Under the pieces are notes generated by a model. The model ran no database searches. It was not told the origin of the DNA and saw nothing but the letters and a program-made list of their open reading frames with translations. This document shows positions 50,336 through 59,837 of a stretch of DNA of 64,000 nt, one piece after another. Within the stretch, counting starts at the first letter, position 1. Each line of letters starts with the position of its first letter. The stretch spans positions 124,001 to 188,000 of the IMG/VR virus record IMGVR_UViG_3300036944_001289; one strand, written 5' to 3'. The position numbers and the translations under genes are program-made.

Positions 50336-51090
50336 GGATTTGCTGATACTCCTACAAATTCCGTTTCTGTTAAAATACCTGTAGATACAGGCCATGTATA
50401 GGTATTACCTGAGAGACTATCATAGGTTGTTATCCTACTCTCAACATTAAAATTATTATTAATATAATATATTAATCCTTTTGGATTTTGCTGAGTCTTA
50501 AACAACCAACCTTTTATCGTAAAAGACGTGTCAGCTGTACATCTATATTTATCGGTACTTGAGATATCTGTAGGGTATGATAATGCAATACCACCTTCCC
50601 AGAGAACTTCGCTTCTTATTTCTTGATTTAATGATAGACCTAAATCCTCTGGTACCTTCCAACCTATTATAATGTATGGATTAGCATAAGGTACAAAGTT
50701 ACTTAGTATTTGATCCATGTCTGTCTGATATTTTGTTATTATCGACATACTTACACTTATATTAATAGGTACAGGTGATAAAAGATGAGATACACTATTT
50801 TGAGTACCATCGTTTTTACCATAATAGAAACCATCAAGTTTATTGAAAACTCTATTAACATCCCTAGATATATTTGTTATAGATACAGATACTACTGGTA
50901 GTGTTAAGTTTTTAGCTTGGTTTATTATATCATATAATACACGCTGTTTAGGTGCATATACATATCTTACTTCAATTGACTGTTCTGTTTTTCTTTCTCT
51001 ATTATATCGCTGAATTACAGTATCGTCAAACGCAGCAATAAACTGCGTTATAAGATCTTTTACTTCGAAAAAATACGTTTTTGATTTAAT
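50332..51090 (-). CDS. tail terminator/sheath stabiliser gp15 with probable AUU start
   Basis: Frame stays open 114 codons upstream of the track start: IKSKTYFFEVKDLITQFIAAFDD...VRYVYAPKQR...TLPVVSV; no NTG before the upstream TAA. Confidence 0.8.
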   Translation of the reverse strand: MKSKTYFFEVKDLITQFIAAFDDTVIQRYNRERKTEQSIEVRYVYAPKQRVLYDIINQAKNLTLPVVSVSITNISRDVNRVFNKLDGFYYGKNDGTQNSVSHLLSPVPINISVSMSIITKYQTDMDQILSNFVPYANPYIIIGWKVPEDLGLSLNQEIRSEVLWEGGIALSYPTDISSTDKYRCTADTSFTIKGWLFKTQQNPKGLIYYINNNFNVESRITTYDSLSGNTYTWPVSTGILTETEFVGVSANP

Positions 51091-51095
51091 GTTGC

Positions 51096-51104
51096 ACCTC
51101 CTTA
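51096..51104 (-). promoter_or_regulatory. perfect Shine-Dalgarno TAAGGAGGT, 5 nt before ATT
   Basis: Read directly; preceded by a TAAATA late element. Confidence 0.8.
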
Positions 51105-51113
51105 TAATATTTA

Positions 51114-51506
51114 TTAGTTATAATGCTTTAATAGAGTCGCAAGCATTTCCAGTTTTGTTGTAATCTGACTATATTTTTTAAGCTTCTTCATTTCGGATAC
51201 AGAATCAACAGTTTTATCTATCAAATTTTTTAGTTGATTTTTAGTCATCTTACCGTATCCTTTTACCATAATTTCTTCACTTTCACTAAACGAACCTGAT
51301 GCTCCTGGAATACCTGCAGTGTTTGTTTTAGCTGAATTACCTGGTAAGTTACTAGTACTGTTAGCATTAGCGTAGCTGTTCTTTACGTCAGATGTTGGCA
51401 TATTATTATGTGCTTGATTTTTTTGCTGTGTATCAGCAATAGCCCACATATTGAGACCGCTTTCATACAACATACCTATCTGCTTTATGTCATTAAGTTT
51501 ATCCAT
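51114..51506 (-). CDS. late hypothetical protein
   Basis: TAAATA 5 nt upstream; MLYE leader. Confidence 0.6.
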   Translation of the reverse strand: MDKLNDIKQIGMLYESGLNMWAIADTQQKNQAHNNMPTSDVKNSYANANSTSNLPGNSAKTNTAGIPGASGSFSESEEIMVKGYGKMTKNQLKNLIDKTVDSVSEMKKLKKYSQITTKLEMLATLLKHYN

Positions 51507-51519
51507 AATTATATTTACA

Positions 51520-51557
51520 TAAAAAAAGCTGGGTTGTTAACAACCCAGCTTTTTTTA
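51520..51557. terminator. perfect 38-bp palindrome, terminator
   Basis: TAAAAAAAGCTGGGTTGTT/AACAACCCAGCTTTTTTTA. Confidence 0.8.
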
Positions 51558-51570
51558 AAATTTTTATATA

Positions 51571-51972
51571 TTATCCGTTAAGATTCCAACGACGTCTATT
51601 ATCTGGACCAATATTATCAAACCCACCAGCACTAACTCTTGCTATTATAGTTGAGCTAGAAGTTAGTACTGTAAATGAGGTTGTAAAGTTATTTGACGCT
51701 TGAAGGCAGAGTGTTACACCTGTAGCAGATCCGGATAGTAGTCTTACTATTGTAGATGTATCTCCAGGGCTTGAAATTGTTACTACTTGTGTGGTAGACA
51801 GCGATGCTGTAAATTCTGTAGAATTGTACAATACACCCTCTACATCTACACCATTAAATGTACCAGCACTAGAAAGTACTATTGCATTGTTAACACCACT
51901 CAGAGAGTAGATTAAAGGTGCTGGGTTACCCATTTTTGTTACATCGTATACTGCGTCTGTAAAGCTTGCCAT
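51571..51972 (-). CDS. S/T-rich structural protein
   Basis: 133 aa, beta-rich, TAAATA upstream. Confidence 0.55.
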   Translation of the reverse strand: MASFTDAVYDVTKMGNPAPLIYSLSGVNNAIVLSSAGTFNGVDVEGVLYNSTEFTASLSTTQVVTISSPGDTSTIVRLLSGSATGVTLCLQASNNFTTSFTVLTSSSTIIARVSAGGFDNIGPDNRRRWNLNG

Positions 51973-52028
51973 ATGTATTATTATTTATTGTTTTTGATCA
52001 GAATTTATTGAATTTAATAAATAATTAT

Positions 52029-52679
52029 ATGAGCTTTCACGAAGAATTAAATAATCTTTACGCAAAACAAATAGCAGGTAAATCTATACTTGTAAATGAA
52101 AATAGTCAAAAGACAGTAAATGAAGCATTCCCACCCTATGAAGCAGGTGAATATGCCCCCGAACATCCTACTGCTCGTGAAAAAATGTTAGCTTTAGCAA
52201 AGAGTACACATGAAGAAACACCAGAAGGTGAAAGACCACGTGTTGCATATCAAGGTGCAGAACCTGGTACACATACATGGCGCTTCTATTTAGCGTTTAT
52301 AACAAAATTTAGAGAAATGTCACCAGAAACATCTGTTAAAGTTGCTAATTTAATTTTAACACAAATACTTGATAAACTATCTGAAAGCCCAGATGGTAGA
52401 TTTATGGGTACAAATCTTCAATTTAGAGAGCAAGTAGTTAAGCCTATTGTTGCAAGAGCAATACCTGAAATGACAAAAGGTGATGTAAAGATAGGTAAAA
52501 CATATGTTGAGTATATTGCAAGAGGTATAACCGATGCTGCAGTACAATCAGGTATATTAAGAAACTTCTCTGATGACGAGTTTCCACGCAACAAACCAAA
52601 GGATAAACCAATTACAGATCCTGCAGGTCTAGGTAAGTACTCAGCACAAAATCTAGATAAATTACTCGGACTAGATTAA
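52029..52679 (+). CDS. late hypothetical protein
   Basis: Start re-called at 52029 (TAAATA 5 nt upstream). Confidence 0.6.
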   Translation: MSFHEELNNLYAKQIAGKSILVNENSQKTVNEAFPPYEAGEYAPEHPTAREKMLALAKSTHEETPEGERPRVAYQGAEPGTHTWRFYLAFITKFREMSPETSVKVANLILTQILDKLSESPDGRFMGTNLQFREQVVKPIVARAIPEMTKGDVKIGKTYVEYIARGITDAAVQSGILRNFSDDEFPRNKPKDKPITDPAGLGKYSAQNLDKLLGLD

Positions 52680-53374
52680 TGTACGTTACACCTACAAGCG
52701 AGCTTGCTACTGCTGTACGTGAAAACTTACGTAGAGCAGTATTAAATAAAGAATCCTGCTGGGTGTTTGATAAAATCGAACCTTCAGGTAAGTACTTTAC
52801 ATCTTTTAAGATAGTCGATGAGAATAACATAATTATGTACGCTTACAGAAATGGTAACGTATATAAGCTAAATAATCTTAACGGACCTGCATTCTATCAC
52901 GTAAGAGGTAATAAAAAAATGTTCTTTATTGATAATGAAGCTTATTCTGAGTTTGATTATAGTAGACACTACGCTATTAAATTTATCAAAAATTTACAGC
53001 TTAGAGATCCTAATCAACCTATAGTTGGACCTGGACGCTACAGATTAGTAAATAATGGTATACTTGAGATAAAAATAAATTACAGCGGTGATATGTCATT
53101 AAAAACATATAATTCAAGAGGTAATCTACATAATGAAAACGGACCTGCAGTTATTGATTTTGCTTTCTATCATATGATAGAATATTATAGAAACGGTGAA
53201 TTACATAATTCAACAGGACCTGCAGTCCTCAAATTGAGTAAAGATTCTAATGTAGATACACAAGAGCTATTTTTTATAGGCGGTAAAGCGCTGACACAAA
53301 ATGAATTCAAGTCATTTGCTAAAGGTTATGATTCTACTGACATTGACTTATACTCGGATTTAACAGGACTTTAA
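52679..53374 (+). CDS. LHxxxGPA-repeat protein with shared C-terminal tag
   Basis: LNNLNGPA, LHNENGPA, LHNSTGPA; tail IGGKALTQNEFKSFAKGYDSTDIDLYSDLTGL. Confidence 0.75.
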   Translation: MYVTPTSELATAVRENLRRAVLNKESCWVFDKIEPSGKYFTSFKIVDENNIIMYAYRNGNVYKLNNLNGPAFYHVRGNKKMFFIDNEAYSEFDYSRHYAIKFIKNLQLRDPNQPIVGPGRYRLVNNGILEIKINYSGDMSLKTYNSRGNLHNENGPAVIDFAFYHMIEYYRNGELHNSTGPAVLKLSKDSNVDTQELFFIGGKALTQNEFKSFAKGYDSTDIDLYSDLTGL

Positions 53375-53375
53375 T

Positions 53376-55007
53376 ATGAGTAATATTTTAGAAGACTATC
53401 ACATATACACAAGATATACTAATAACCTCATTCTTGAGTTTAATGAAGCTACGCTTAAAAAATTGAGCGTAACATACAAGAAAGAGAGACCAGAACTAAC
53501 TGATGATGCTATAACAGCATACTTAGAGGCATATGAACAACTAAAAAACACTCCTAGGTTTATTGGTGTAGTTAATAGATTTTATCCTAAAATTAAAAAC
53601 CCTAAGGATATATATTCATTCACTTGGGAGCAACTTGAACAGGTAATAGATAGTTTAAAAGATATTCAGATAAGTACCGATACTAAAGTCGATAGTACTA
53701 AGTATAAAGAAATTTACGAAGACGATACAATAAAGATAATTCTAGGTAGAGATGCAGAAGAGTGGATATATATTCGTAATACATTATTACCAGCGTTACC
53801 ACCATTTAAGGGTTCTTCATGGTGTATAGGCAACCCCGGTGGTAGTAATATGTATTACTCTTATAGAATTAAAAAGTTAAATCAATATTCACCAGAACAA
53901 TTCTGGTCACAATATCTTATTCATAGCAAAGTACCTACACCTTCTCCTAAGTATCAAAATGCAGTATTGATGATATCACAAGATGGTGAGTATTATTTAA
54001 CTTCTCAAGATAACAGGGATGATACACGCATGGAATGGAGCAGGGTAATACATCTTATACCTGCATTAAAAAATAAAGAGAAGTATATAAAATTTATACC
54101 ATTATCGAAAAAAGAACAAGAAGAATATGCTGTCACAAAAGCTACACCGGAAAGTTTTGACAAACTAAGATATAGAGCAAAACAGGTATATTGTCAAGTA
54201 GGTAAGCCATTATTTATAAAAGATTTTATAAACATGGATAAAGATCTACAAACCATGTACATAAATGGTAGATTTGATAGAGGTGGTTTTTCTCTGTACA
54301 ATAAAAGTACATACGATTCATATAGTAAAAATCTATTTGCAATTCCTGGACCCAAAGAGATAGATTTACCTCAAGGTAATATTCAATCACCTGAGTTTGT
54401 AGAGCGACTTAACAGCCTACTTGGAGATATTTCTATAGAAGATAAGTTTAGTATCTATAAACAACTCTTGTTTTATATATCACCTGAGCTTAAAAACTTT
54501 CCTCAAGCAATACAAACATTCTGCAGACAATGTGAGAAGTATTTACCTGCATTAAAAAATACACTACTTTCAAAACTTATATCAGAGTATAATATTAAAA
54601 ATTTCAAAACATTACCAGATATGATAAAGTATACACTTTGCGAACTGCCTCAAATTTTCATAACAAGTTCTGATTTTATAAACCTACCTGAAAAATCACA
54701 AAATAACTATATTAATAGTAGAAAAACGTTAAGACATTTAGTGTATTTATTTTTTACACCTAAGATGATAAAAAAGATAGAATCTCTAAAACCATCTGAA
54801 ATTAATGAACAAGCAATTACAAATATATGGAAAAATAACTCTGTAACATATAGACAAGTTATTGATATGGCTACAAGAGAAGGACAAAAACAAAAAGGTA
54901 AAGGGATTACATATTTGTTAAACTTCAATAATTTGAGCGGTGATATACCTGTACGAAAATTATACGCTTCAAAAGTCTTAGAAAAGATTAAAGAAGAAAA
55001 CGAATAA
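53376..55007 (+). CDS. large hypothetical protein with SWC...YYSY motif (PcfJ-like)
   Basis: 543 aa; GSSWCIG...MYYSYR. Confidence 0.6.
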   Translation: MSNILEDYHIYTRYTNNLILEFNEATLKKLSVTYKKERPELTDDAITAYLEAYEQLKNTPRFIGVVNRFYPKIKNPKDIYSFTWEQLEQVIDSLKDIQISTDTKVDSTKYKEIYEDDTIKIILGRDAEEWIYIRNTLLPALPPFKGSSWCIGNPGGSNMYYSYRIKKLNQYSPEQFWSQYLIHSKVPTPSPKYQNAVLMISQDGEYYLTSQDNRDDTRMEWSRVIHLIPALKNKEKYIKFIPLSKKEQEEYAVTKATPESFDKLRYRAKQVYCQVGKPLFIKDFINMDKDLQTMYINGRFDRGGFSLYNKSTYDSYSKNLFAIPGPKEIDLPQGNIQSPEFVERLNSLLGDISIEDKFSIYKQLLFYISPELKNFPQAIQTFCRQCEKYLPALKNTLLSKLISEYNIKNFKTLPDMIKYTLCELPQIFITSSDFINLPEKSQNNYINSRKTLRHLVYLFFTPKMIKKIESLKPSEINEQAITNIWKNNSVTYRQVIDMATREGQKQKGKGITYLLNFNNLSGDIPVRKLYASKVLEKIKEENE

Positions 55008-55020
55008 CATAAATATTAAC

Positions 55021-55269
55021 ATGGCAAAATTTGACGACTTAATAAAGCACATACTTAGTGAATCACCAGCACCTGCTATTACACCAGAAAAACCTACAGT
55101 AAAACCTGGCACAAAACCAGAAACACCAAGTAAACCATCTAAACCAGAACATCCTTTTGCACCTAAACCAGGTATAAAACCACGCCCTGATGCAAAGAAG
55201 AAATCACGTGAAGAGAATGAAGAAAATGCTGATGTTAAGTTATTTTTATCACACCGTCGTAAAAAATGA
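55021..55269 (+). CDS. Pro/Lys-rich late protein
   Basis: TAAATA 5 nt upstream; MAKFDDLIKHILSE; KP repeats. Confidence 0.65.
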   Translation: MAKFDDLIKHILSESPAPAITPEKPTVKPGTKPETPSKPSKPEHPFAPKPGIKPRPDAKKKSREENEENADVKLFLSHRRKK

Positions 55270-56423
55270 AATTTAATAAAAAAATATTCGAAGCTATAGA
55301 TAAAGGTGATGCACCTAATCTCTTTCACAGTGATAAAGAGAAAAAATATAAACCATCTTTAGATGTAGAGAAGTTAATGCCTTCTCTATCTCAAAAAGAA
55401 TCAAATTACATAGAAACAGTTACAAGTGCATCATATAAAAAGGCAATTGAAAGATTAAGAAATTATACCGGGTTAAATCCGGCTAGGACAGGTCTACCGC
55501 AACTACTAACAGTTGCAATGAGTGCTATACCTAAGATACAGCAGGTACAACACGCACACAAACAACATCTTGAAAAATTAGCAGTAGATACAGTTTTAAG
55601 TCTTCCAGAATTTGAGTTTTTTAAGCACATGATTGATCGTGGTCAGCTTAAAATAGTTGCTAAATTAGAGCAAGCAGATTTAAGTAATGCTATTACAAAA
55701 GAGGATCTTGAAAATAAAGAAGAAGAACCTGAAGAGGGCGAACTAACTAATGCTGAAGAAATTACATTAAACCTGGCCGTAGATCTCGGAGATGCAAGCG
55801 ATGATAAGTTAAAATGGAAGTTTGCAAATATGTTAAAACAAGGAAATGCATTTAATAAGACATACTTGTTTAATATGGTTTCTGATGAACTAAATAAAAT
55901 AGATCCAAACTTAGTAAAATTATATGGCACATTATCATCAGTAATACAAGTTGCATACTATGCAATGCCTGATATACCTCTTAATATGCGTTCATCAGAA
56001 TCTGAAATGGGTTCATCTGAAGTTGTTCCAGAAGACGATATTTATACTGTATATGCTTTATCACCTTTCTTTCCGGTATTGATACATGAGATTGTAAAGG
56101 GGTTGTGGACATATCTAACCATGTCACTTGTAGGTCAAGGAGAACATGATGAAAGAACAATAGACGATGAAACTGTTGAGTTAATGACTGGACCTGAATT
56201 ATACGCAAAATTCGTTGAGTTTATACCTTTCAAAGATTCAAAATATCTACCTCAGACAGTAATGCAATTAATAAAGACAAATAAGATTGCTGATGTTCTA
56301 GGTGGTGGTGATAAAGCTAAATCAGCTGTATATACAGCTTTAGATCAGGTAAAACAAATAATGGCAGAGTACGAAGATCAAATGGACGACTTTAACGGTG
56401 ATAAATATAAGGATATAGAATAA
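55266..56423 (+). CDS. helical late protein
   Basis: 385 aa; MKFNKKIFE leader; LEKLAVD, F.NML.QG, LIHEIVKG. Confidence 0.7.
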   Translation: MKFNKKIFEAIDKGDAPNLFHSDKEKKYKPSLDVEKLMPSLSQKESNYIETVTSASYKKAIERLRNYTGLNPARTGLPQLLTVAMSAIPKIQQVQHAHKQHLEKLAVDTVLSLPEFEFFKHMIDRGQLKIVAKLEQADLSNAITKEDLENKEEEPEEGELTNAEEITLNLAVDLGDASDDKLKWKFANMLKQGNAFNKTYLFNMVSDELNKIDPNLVKLYGTLSSVIQVAYYAMPDIPLNMRSSESEMGSSEVVPEDDIYTVYALSPFFPVLIHEIVKGLWTYLTMSLVGQGEHDERTIDDETVELMTGPELYAKFVEFIPFKDSKYLPQTVMQLIKTNKIADVLGGGDKAKSAVYTALDQVKQIMAEYEDQMDDFNGDKYKDIE

Positions 56424-56807
56424 ATGGAAAATATTTTTCTTACACAATATATAAATGAAGCTTTTGATACAAAATCTTTAGCAGCTCATAGAAAAAGTCT
56501 AATATCTAAATACGGTAAAAAGGGTACGACAAGTGTAAAAGACGTAATAATAACTCCAGAGAAATTACAAATGCTCAAGACTATCAGAAATGATATGGGA
56601 TTATTTAATGAAGGTGAGCCTGCACCAGCTTGGAATAGTTTTACAGCAGCGCTACTAAACAATATAAAAACCAATCCAGTTTTTGTTAAGAAGATGCTAT
56701 CTAACGAGCAAACAGCTAAAAAATTTATAGCGTCCTTTATATTAAAGTTTAGACGCGAAATTGAAAGTACTTCCAGCTACCTTAGCGAAAAATTAAAGAC
56801 TGGTTAA
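56424..56807 (+). CDS. late hypothetical protein
   Basis: MENIFLTQYINE leader. Confidence 0.6.
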   Translation: MENIFLTQYINEAFDTKSLAAHRKSLISKYGKKGTTSVKDVIITPEKLQMLKTIRNDMGLFNEGEPAPAWNSFTAALLNNIKTNPVFVKKMLSNEQTAKKFIASFILKFRREIESTSSYLSEKLKTG

Positions 56808-57611
56808 GTCGTTATACATTTGTATATCTTCTGTACTATACTGCTTAGTTAGTTGCTTAAACTCACCAGGTAATATTTGTTTACCATCAATGTAATACTC
56901 CATAATATCAGGTAGAACTGAGCCTGATGGACTAGTCATACCATAAAAATTAATTATAATGGCAGGGCCTGTTAGACGGTGAAGCTGACCGTGTTTTAAC
57001 CACTTTGTTTCCTTAGTTTTACTAAAAGAAGAAGGCTGTAAGATATAAGCAGGTTTATCATCTTCTCTGTGTAATCTATTTTGAGGATCACGATACTGTA
57101 TAAGTTCTCTATTGCTGGCTGTTATAGAAGTTTGTTTCTTGTATTGTAACTTACCTTCAATATAAAAATCTTCATCTTTAAACTTACCGCTTCCTTGTGA
57201 AATATATACATTTGCAGGTCCACCTATACGGTGATACTTGCCATTTTTGTACCATTCTTGTGATTCTATCTTACCATTTTTTATAGTAGTTTTAGCAGGG
57301 CCATTCTCCCTGTTCAACTTACCGTGTGTATACCAAGCTTCAATATGATGTATATTGGGATACTCTTGTATAATCTCATTAAGATTTAACTCTAGAGACC
57401 ATTCATTATCAGTTAAAATCATAGCAGGTCCATCATCTCTATGTAATCTACCTTGTTTATCTCTCCATGATTTTCTGGTATATACTTCGTCGAATGCTGA
57501 ACTATCTCTTTTAGATACGTGTGTTCGAGTAGTTTTCTCTACATCAGTAGGTGGTATAAGATACTTACTCTTAAGGCCTTCCTGTAAATAAAATTTTTTA
57601 AACGATAACAT
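56793..57611 (-). CDS. LHRxDGPA-repeat protein with shared C-terminal tag
   Basis: Five degenerate repeats; MLSFKKFYLQE leader. Confidence 0.8.
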   Translation of the reverse strand: MLSFKKFYLQEGLKSKYLIPPTDVEKTTRTHVSKRDSSAFDEVYTRKSWRDKQGRLHRDDGPAMILTDNEWSLELNLNEIIQEYPNIHHIEAWYTHGKLNRENGPAKTTIKNGKIESQEWYKNGKYHRIGGPANVYISQGSGKFKDEDFYIEGKLQYKKQTSITASNRELIQYRDPQNRLHREDDKPAYILQPSSFSKTKETKWLKHGQLHRLTGPAIIINFYGMTSPSGSVLPDIMEYYIDGKQILPGEFKQLTKQYSTEDIQMYNDLTSL

Positions 57612-57988
57612 TACGAATTAAGGTCGTTTAGTATATCAAGATCTTCATCAGTGTAATCTTTAGCTGCTTGAGATACTTCATTAGGTAAGACTTCTTTACC
57701 TTTAATATAGTATTTCTTCTCGATGAGAGAACCGTCTTGATCATACTCTTCTAAAGCAGGACCTTTTATATTGTGTAATTGACCATCTCTATAATGAGAT
57801 ATAAGTTTAGGCTTACCATCTTTATAGAATAGCTCTACAGCAGGACCACTCTCATTATGCAGTACTTTAGTACTTGGCTTAAAAACGACATTAACACCTA
57901 CTACACCATTACCCCAATTTAAAGTGTAAGCATTACTACCAGTCTCAGACATTTCATTTAAGATTTCTAGAAGAGCGTTGAAATTCAT
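57611..57988 (-). CDS. LHRxDGPA-repeat protein with shared C-terminal tag
   Basis: Two repeats; MNFNALLEILNE leader. Confidence 0.8.
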   Translation of the reverse strand: MNFNALLEILNEMSETGSNAYTLNWGNGVVGVNVVFKPSTKVLHNESGPAVELFYKDGKPKLISHYRDGQLHNIKGPALEEYDQDGSLIEKKYYIKGKEVLPNEVSQAAKDYTDEDLDILNDLNS

Positions 57989-58005
57989 ATGTTAATATTT
58001 ATTAT

Positions 58006-58554
58006 TTATGAATTTAAGTCATCTAAGATATCTAAGTCTTCTTTATCATATTGCTTAGTTAGCTGTTTAAATTCATTTGGTGTTAGTTCTTTACCATCTA
58101 TATAGTACTCTTCTTCTATTTTATCACCATTTTGATTCCACACTTGACTAGCAGGACCATCTAAGCGATGAAGCTTGCTATCTTTATACCATTCTTCACT
58201 TCGCCTTTTACCATTTTTATGCCATGATTGATAAGCAGGTCTATCTAACCTATAACGTTTATTATCTCTAAACCATTCTTCAATATGTTTTTGACCATCT
58301 ATATACCACAGTTGAACAGCAGGACCATCTAAGCGATGAAGCTTGCTATTCTTAAACCACTCTTCAAATTCTTTTTGACCATTTTTATACCACCATTGAC
58401 GAGCAGGACCATCTAATCTATGAAATTCACCATCTTTAAGCCATTCTTCAGACTTAAGCTTTGTATCATCCTCATCCCAATACGTATGTATAACTTTAAT
58501 ATCTTGGTAATCTTCAATATTCTCTACTAATAAAATCAATTGATCAAACTTCAT
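58006..58554 (-). CDS. LHRLDGPA-repeat protein (4 x 28 aa) with shared C-terminal tag
   Basis: 84-bp repeat units; MKFDQLILLVE leader. Confidence 0.85.
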   Translation of the reverse strand: MKFDQLILLVENIEDYQDIKVIHTYWDEDDTKLKSEEWLKDGEFHRLDGPARQWWYKNGQKEFEEWFKNSKLHRLDGPAVQLWYIDGQKHIEEWFRDNKRYRLDRPAYQSWHKNGKRRSEEWYKDSKLHRLDGPASQVWNQNGDKIEEEYYIDGKELTPNEFKQLTKQYDKEDLDILDDLNS

Positions 58555-58562
58555 AAGATTAT

Positions 58563-59186
58563 TTATGAATTTAAGTTATCTAATATATCCATATCTTCTT
58601 TATCGTATTGCTTAGTTAGTTGTTTAAGCTCATTTGGTGGTATTTCTTTACCGTTTATATAGTACTCTTCAATCATCTTTTGACCATCTTCATCCCACTC
58701 TTGACTAGCAGGACCATCTAAGCGATGAAGCTTGCTATCTTTATACCATTCTTCAAATTCTTTTTGACCATTTTTATACCAATCTTGACGAGCAGGTCCA
58801 TCTAAGCGATGAGGTCTACCATCTATATAGTACTCTTCAATCATCTTTTGACCATTTGTATACCAGTATTGACGAGCAGGTCCATCTAATCTATGAAATT
58901 CATCATCTCTAAACCATTCTTCAATATATTTTTGACCATCTATATACCACAGTTGAACAGCAGGACCATCTAAGCGATGAAGCTTGTTATCTTTATACCA
59001 TTCTTCAAATTCTTTTTGACCATTTTTATACCACCCTTGACGAGCAGGACAATCTAATCTATGAGGTTTACCATCTTTATACCAATACTCCTCCTTAGGT
59101 TTTGTCTCAGCATCATCCCAGTACACTCTTTCAACTCGAATATTTTCATTATCTTCTGCTAATAAAACTAAATCTTTAAACTTCAT
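58563..59186 (-). CDS. LHRLDGPA-repeat protein (5 x 28 aa) with shared C-terminal tag
   Basis: 84-bp repeat units; MKFKDLVLLAE leader. Confidence 0.85.
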   Translation of the reverse strand: MKFKDLVLLAEDNENIRVERVYWDDAETKPKEEYWYKDGKPHRLDCPARQGWYKNGQKEFEEWYKDNKLHRLDGPAVQLWYIDGQKYIEEWFRDDEFHRLDGPARQYWYTNGQKMIEEYYIDGRPHRLDGPARQDWYKNGQKEFEEWYKDSKLHRLDGPASQEWDEDGQKMIEEYYINGKEIPPNELKQLTKQYDKEDMDILDNLNS

Positions 59187-59341
59187 AAGATTATTTATAA
59201 GAAAACCTCTCTTTATATTTTTACGCCGCCCAAAAATTCCCGAAAGGCGTAATACTATCTATATTACCGAAAGTTCCGGGCCCTATATAGCGTTTCTATT
59301 TTTCTGCGCGCGTCGCGAGAATTTCCGAGGGTTCCGAGCTT

Positions 59342-59436
59342 TTTATGGTTCCGAGCGCTCTCTGCGGCGAATATAGAATTTCCCGCGACTTTTGCGGCGA
59401 GAATAGCGCTATTTATGGTTCCGAGCGCTCTCTGCG
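59342..59436. repeat. 25-bp direct repeat TTTATGGTTCCGAGCGCTCTCTGCG x2 (70-bp period) in a GC-rich patch
   Basis: Copies at 59342-59366 and 59412-59436. Confidence 0.9.
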
Positions 59437-59837
59437 CAGAGAATTGGGCATGGGGCTCATTATACGAAAGTTCCTTTAACTAATAAGTGAAAACTCCTTT
59501 GCCCTGGTCTCTGAAACCTTTTTATATGAAAACCTTTTTTGAACTAGAGGTTCCGACTTTTCCGAAAAAAGTTATCTGCGATATAACCACTATCTTTTCT
59601 GAAAAGGTTCCTTTTATGCAGCCAAAGGAACATCTATATAATTAATGTAACTATTTATTATGAAGCGACAACCATTAGCTTATCCGAAATGTATAATATG
59701 AAATATTCTTTTAGGAGTTATATATCAAAGCTTTTCTGAAATGTATAATATGAAGATAGTATATAGCAGTTTCTGAAAAGTATAATATGAAGACCAATTA
59801 AGGCTACAAATAATATGCAGCCCTAATAAGTGCTAAC

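Noticed and set aside
59342-59436. CRISPR mini-array
   Set aside because: Only two repeat copies with a 45-bp spacer, no cas genes, and the repeat is embedded in other palindromes
58006-59830. Diversity-generating retroelement acting on the repeat genes
   Set aside because: No reverse transcriptase and no non-coding template copy in the window; variation is not adenine-specific
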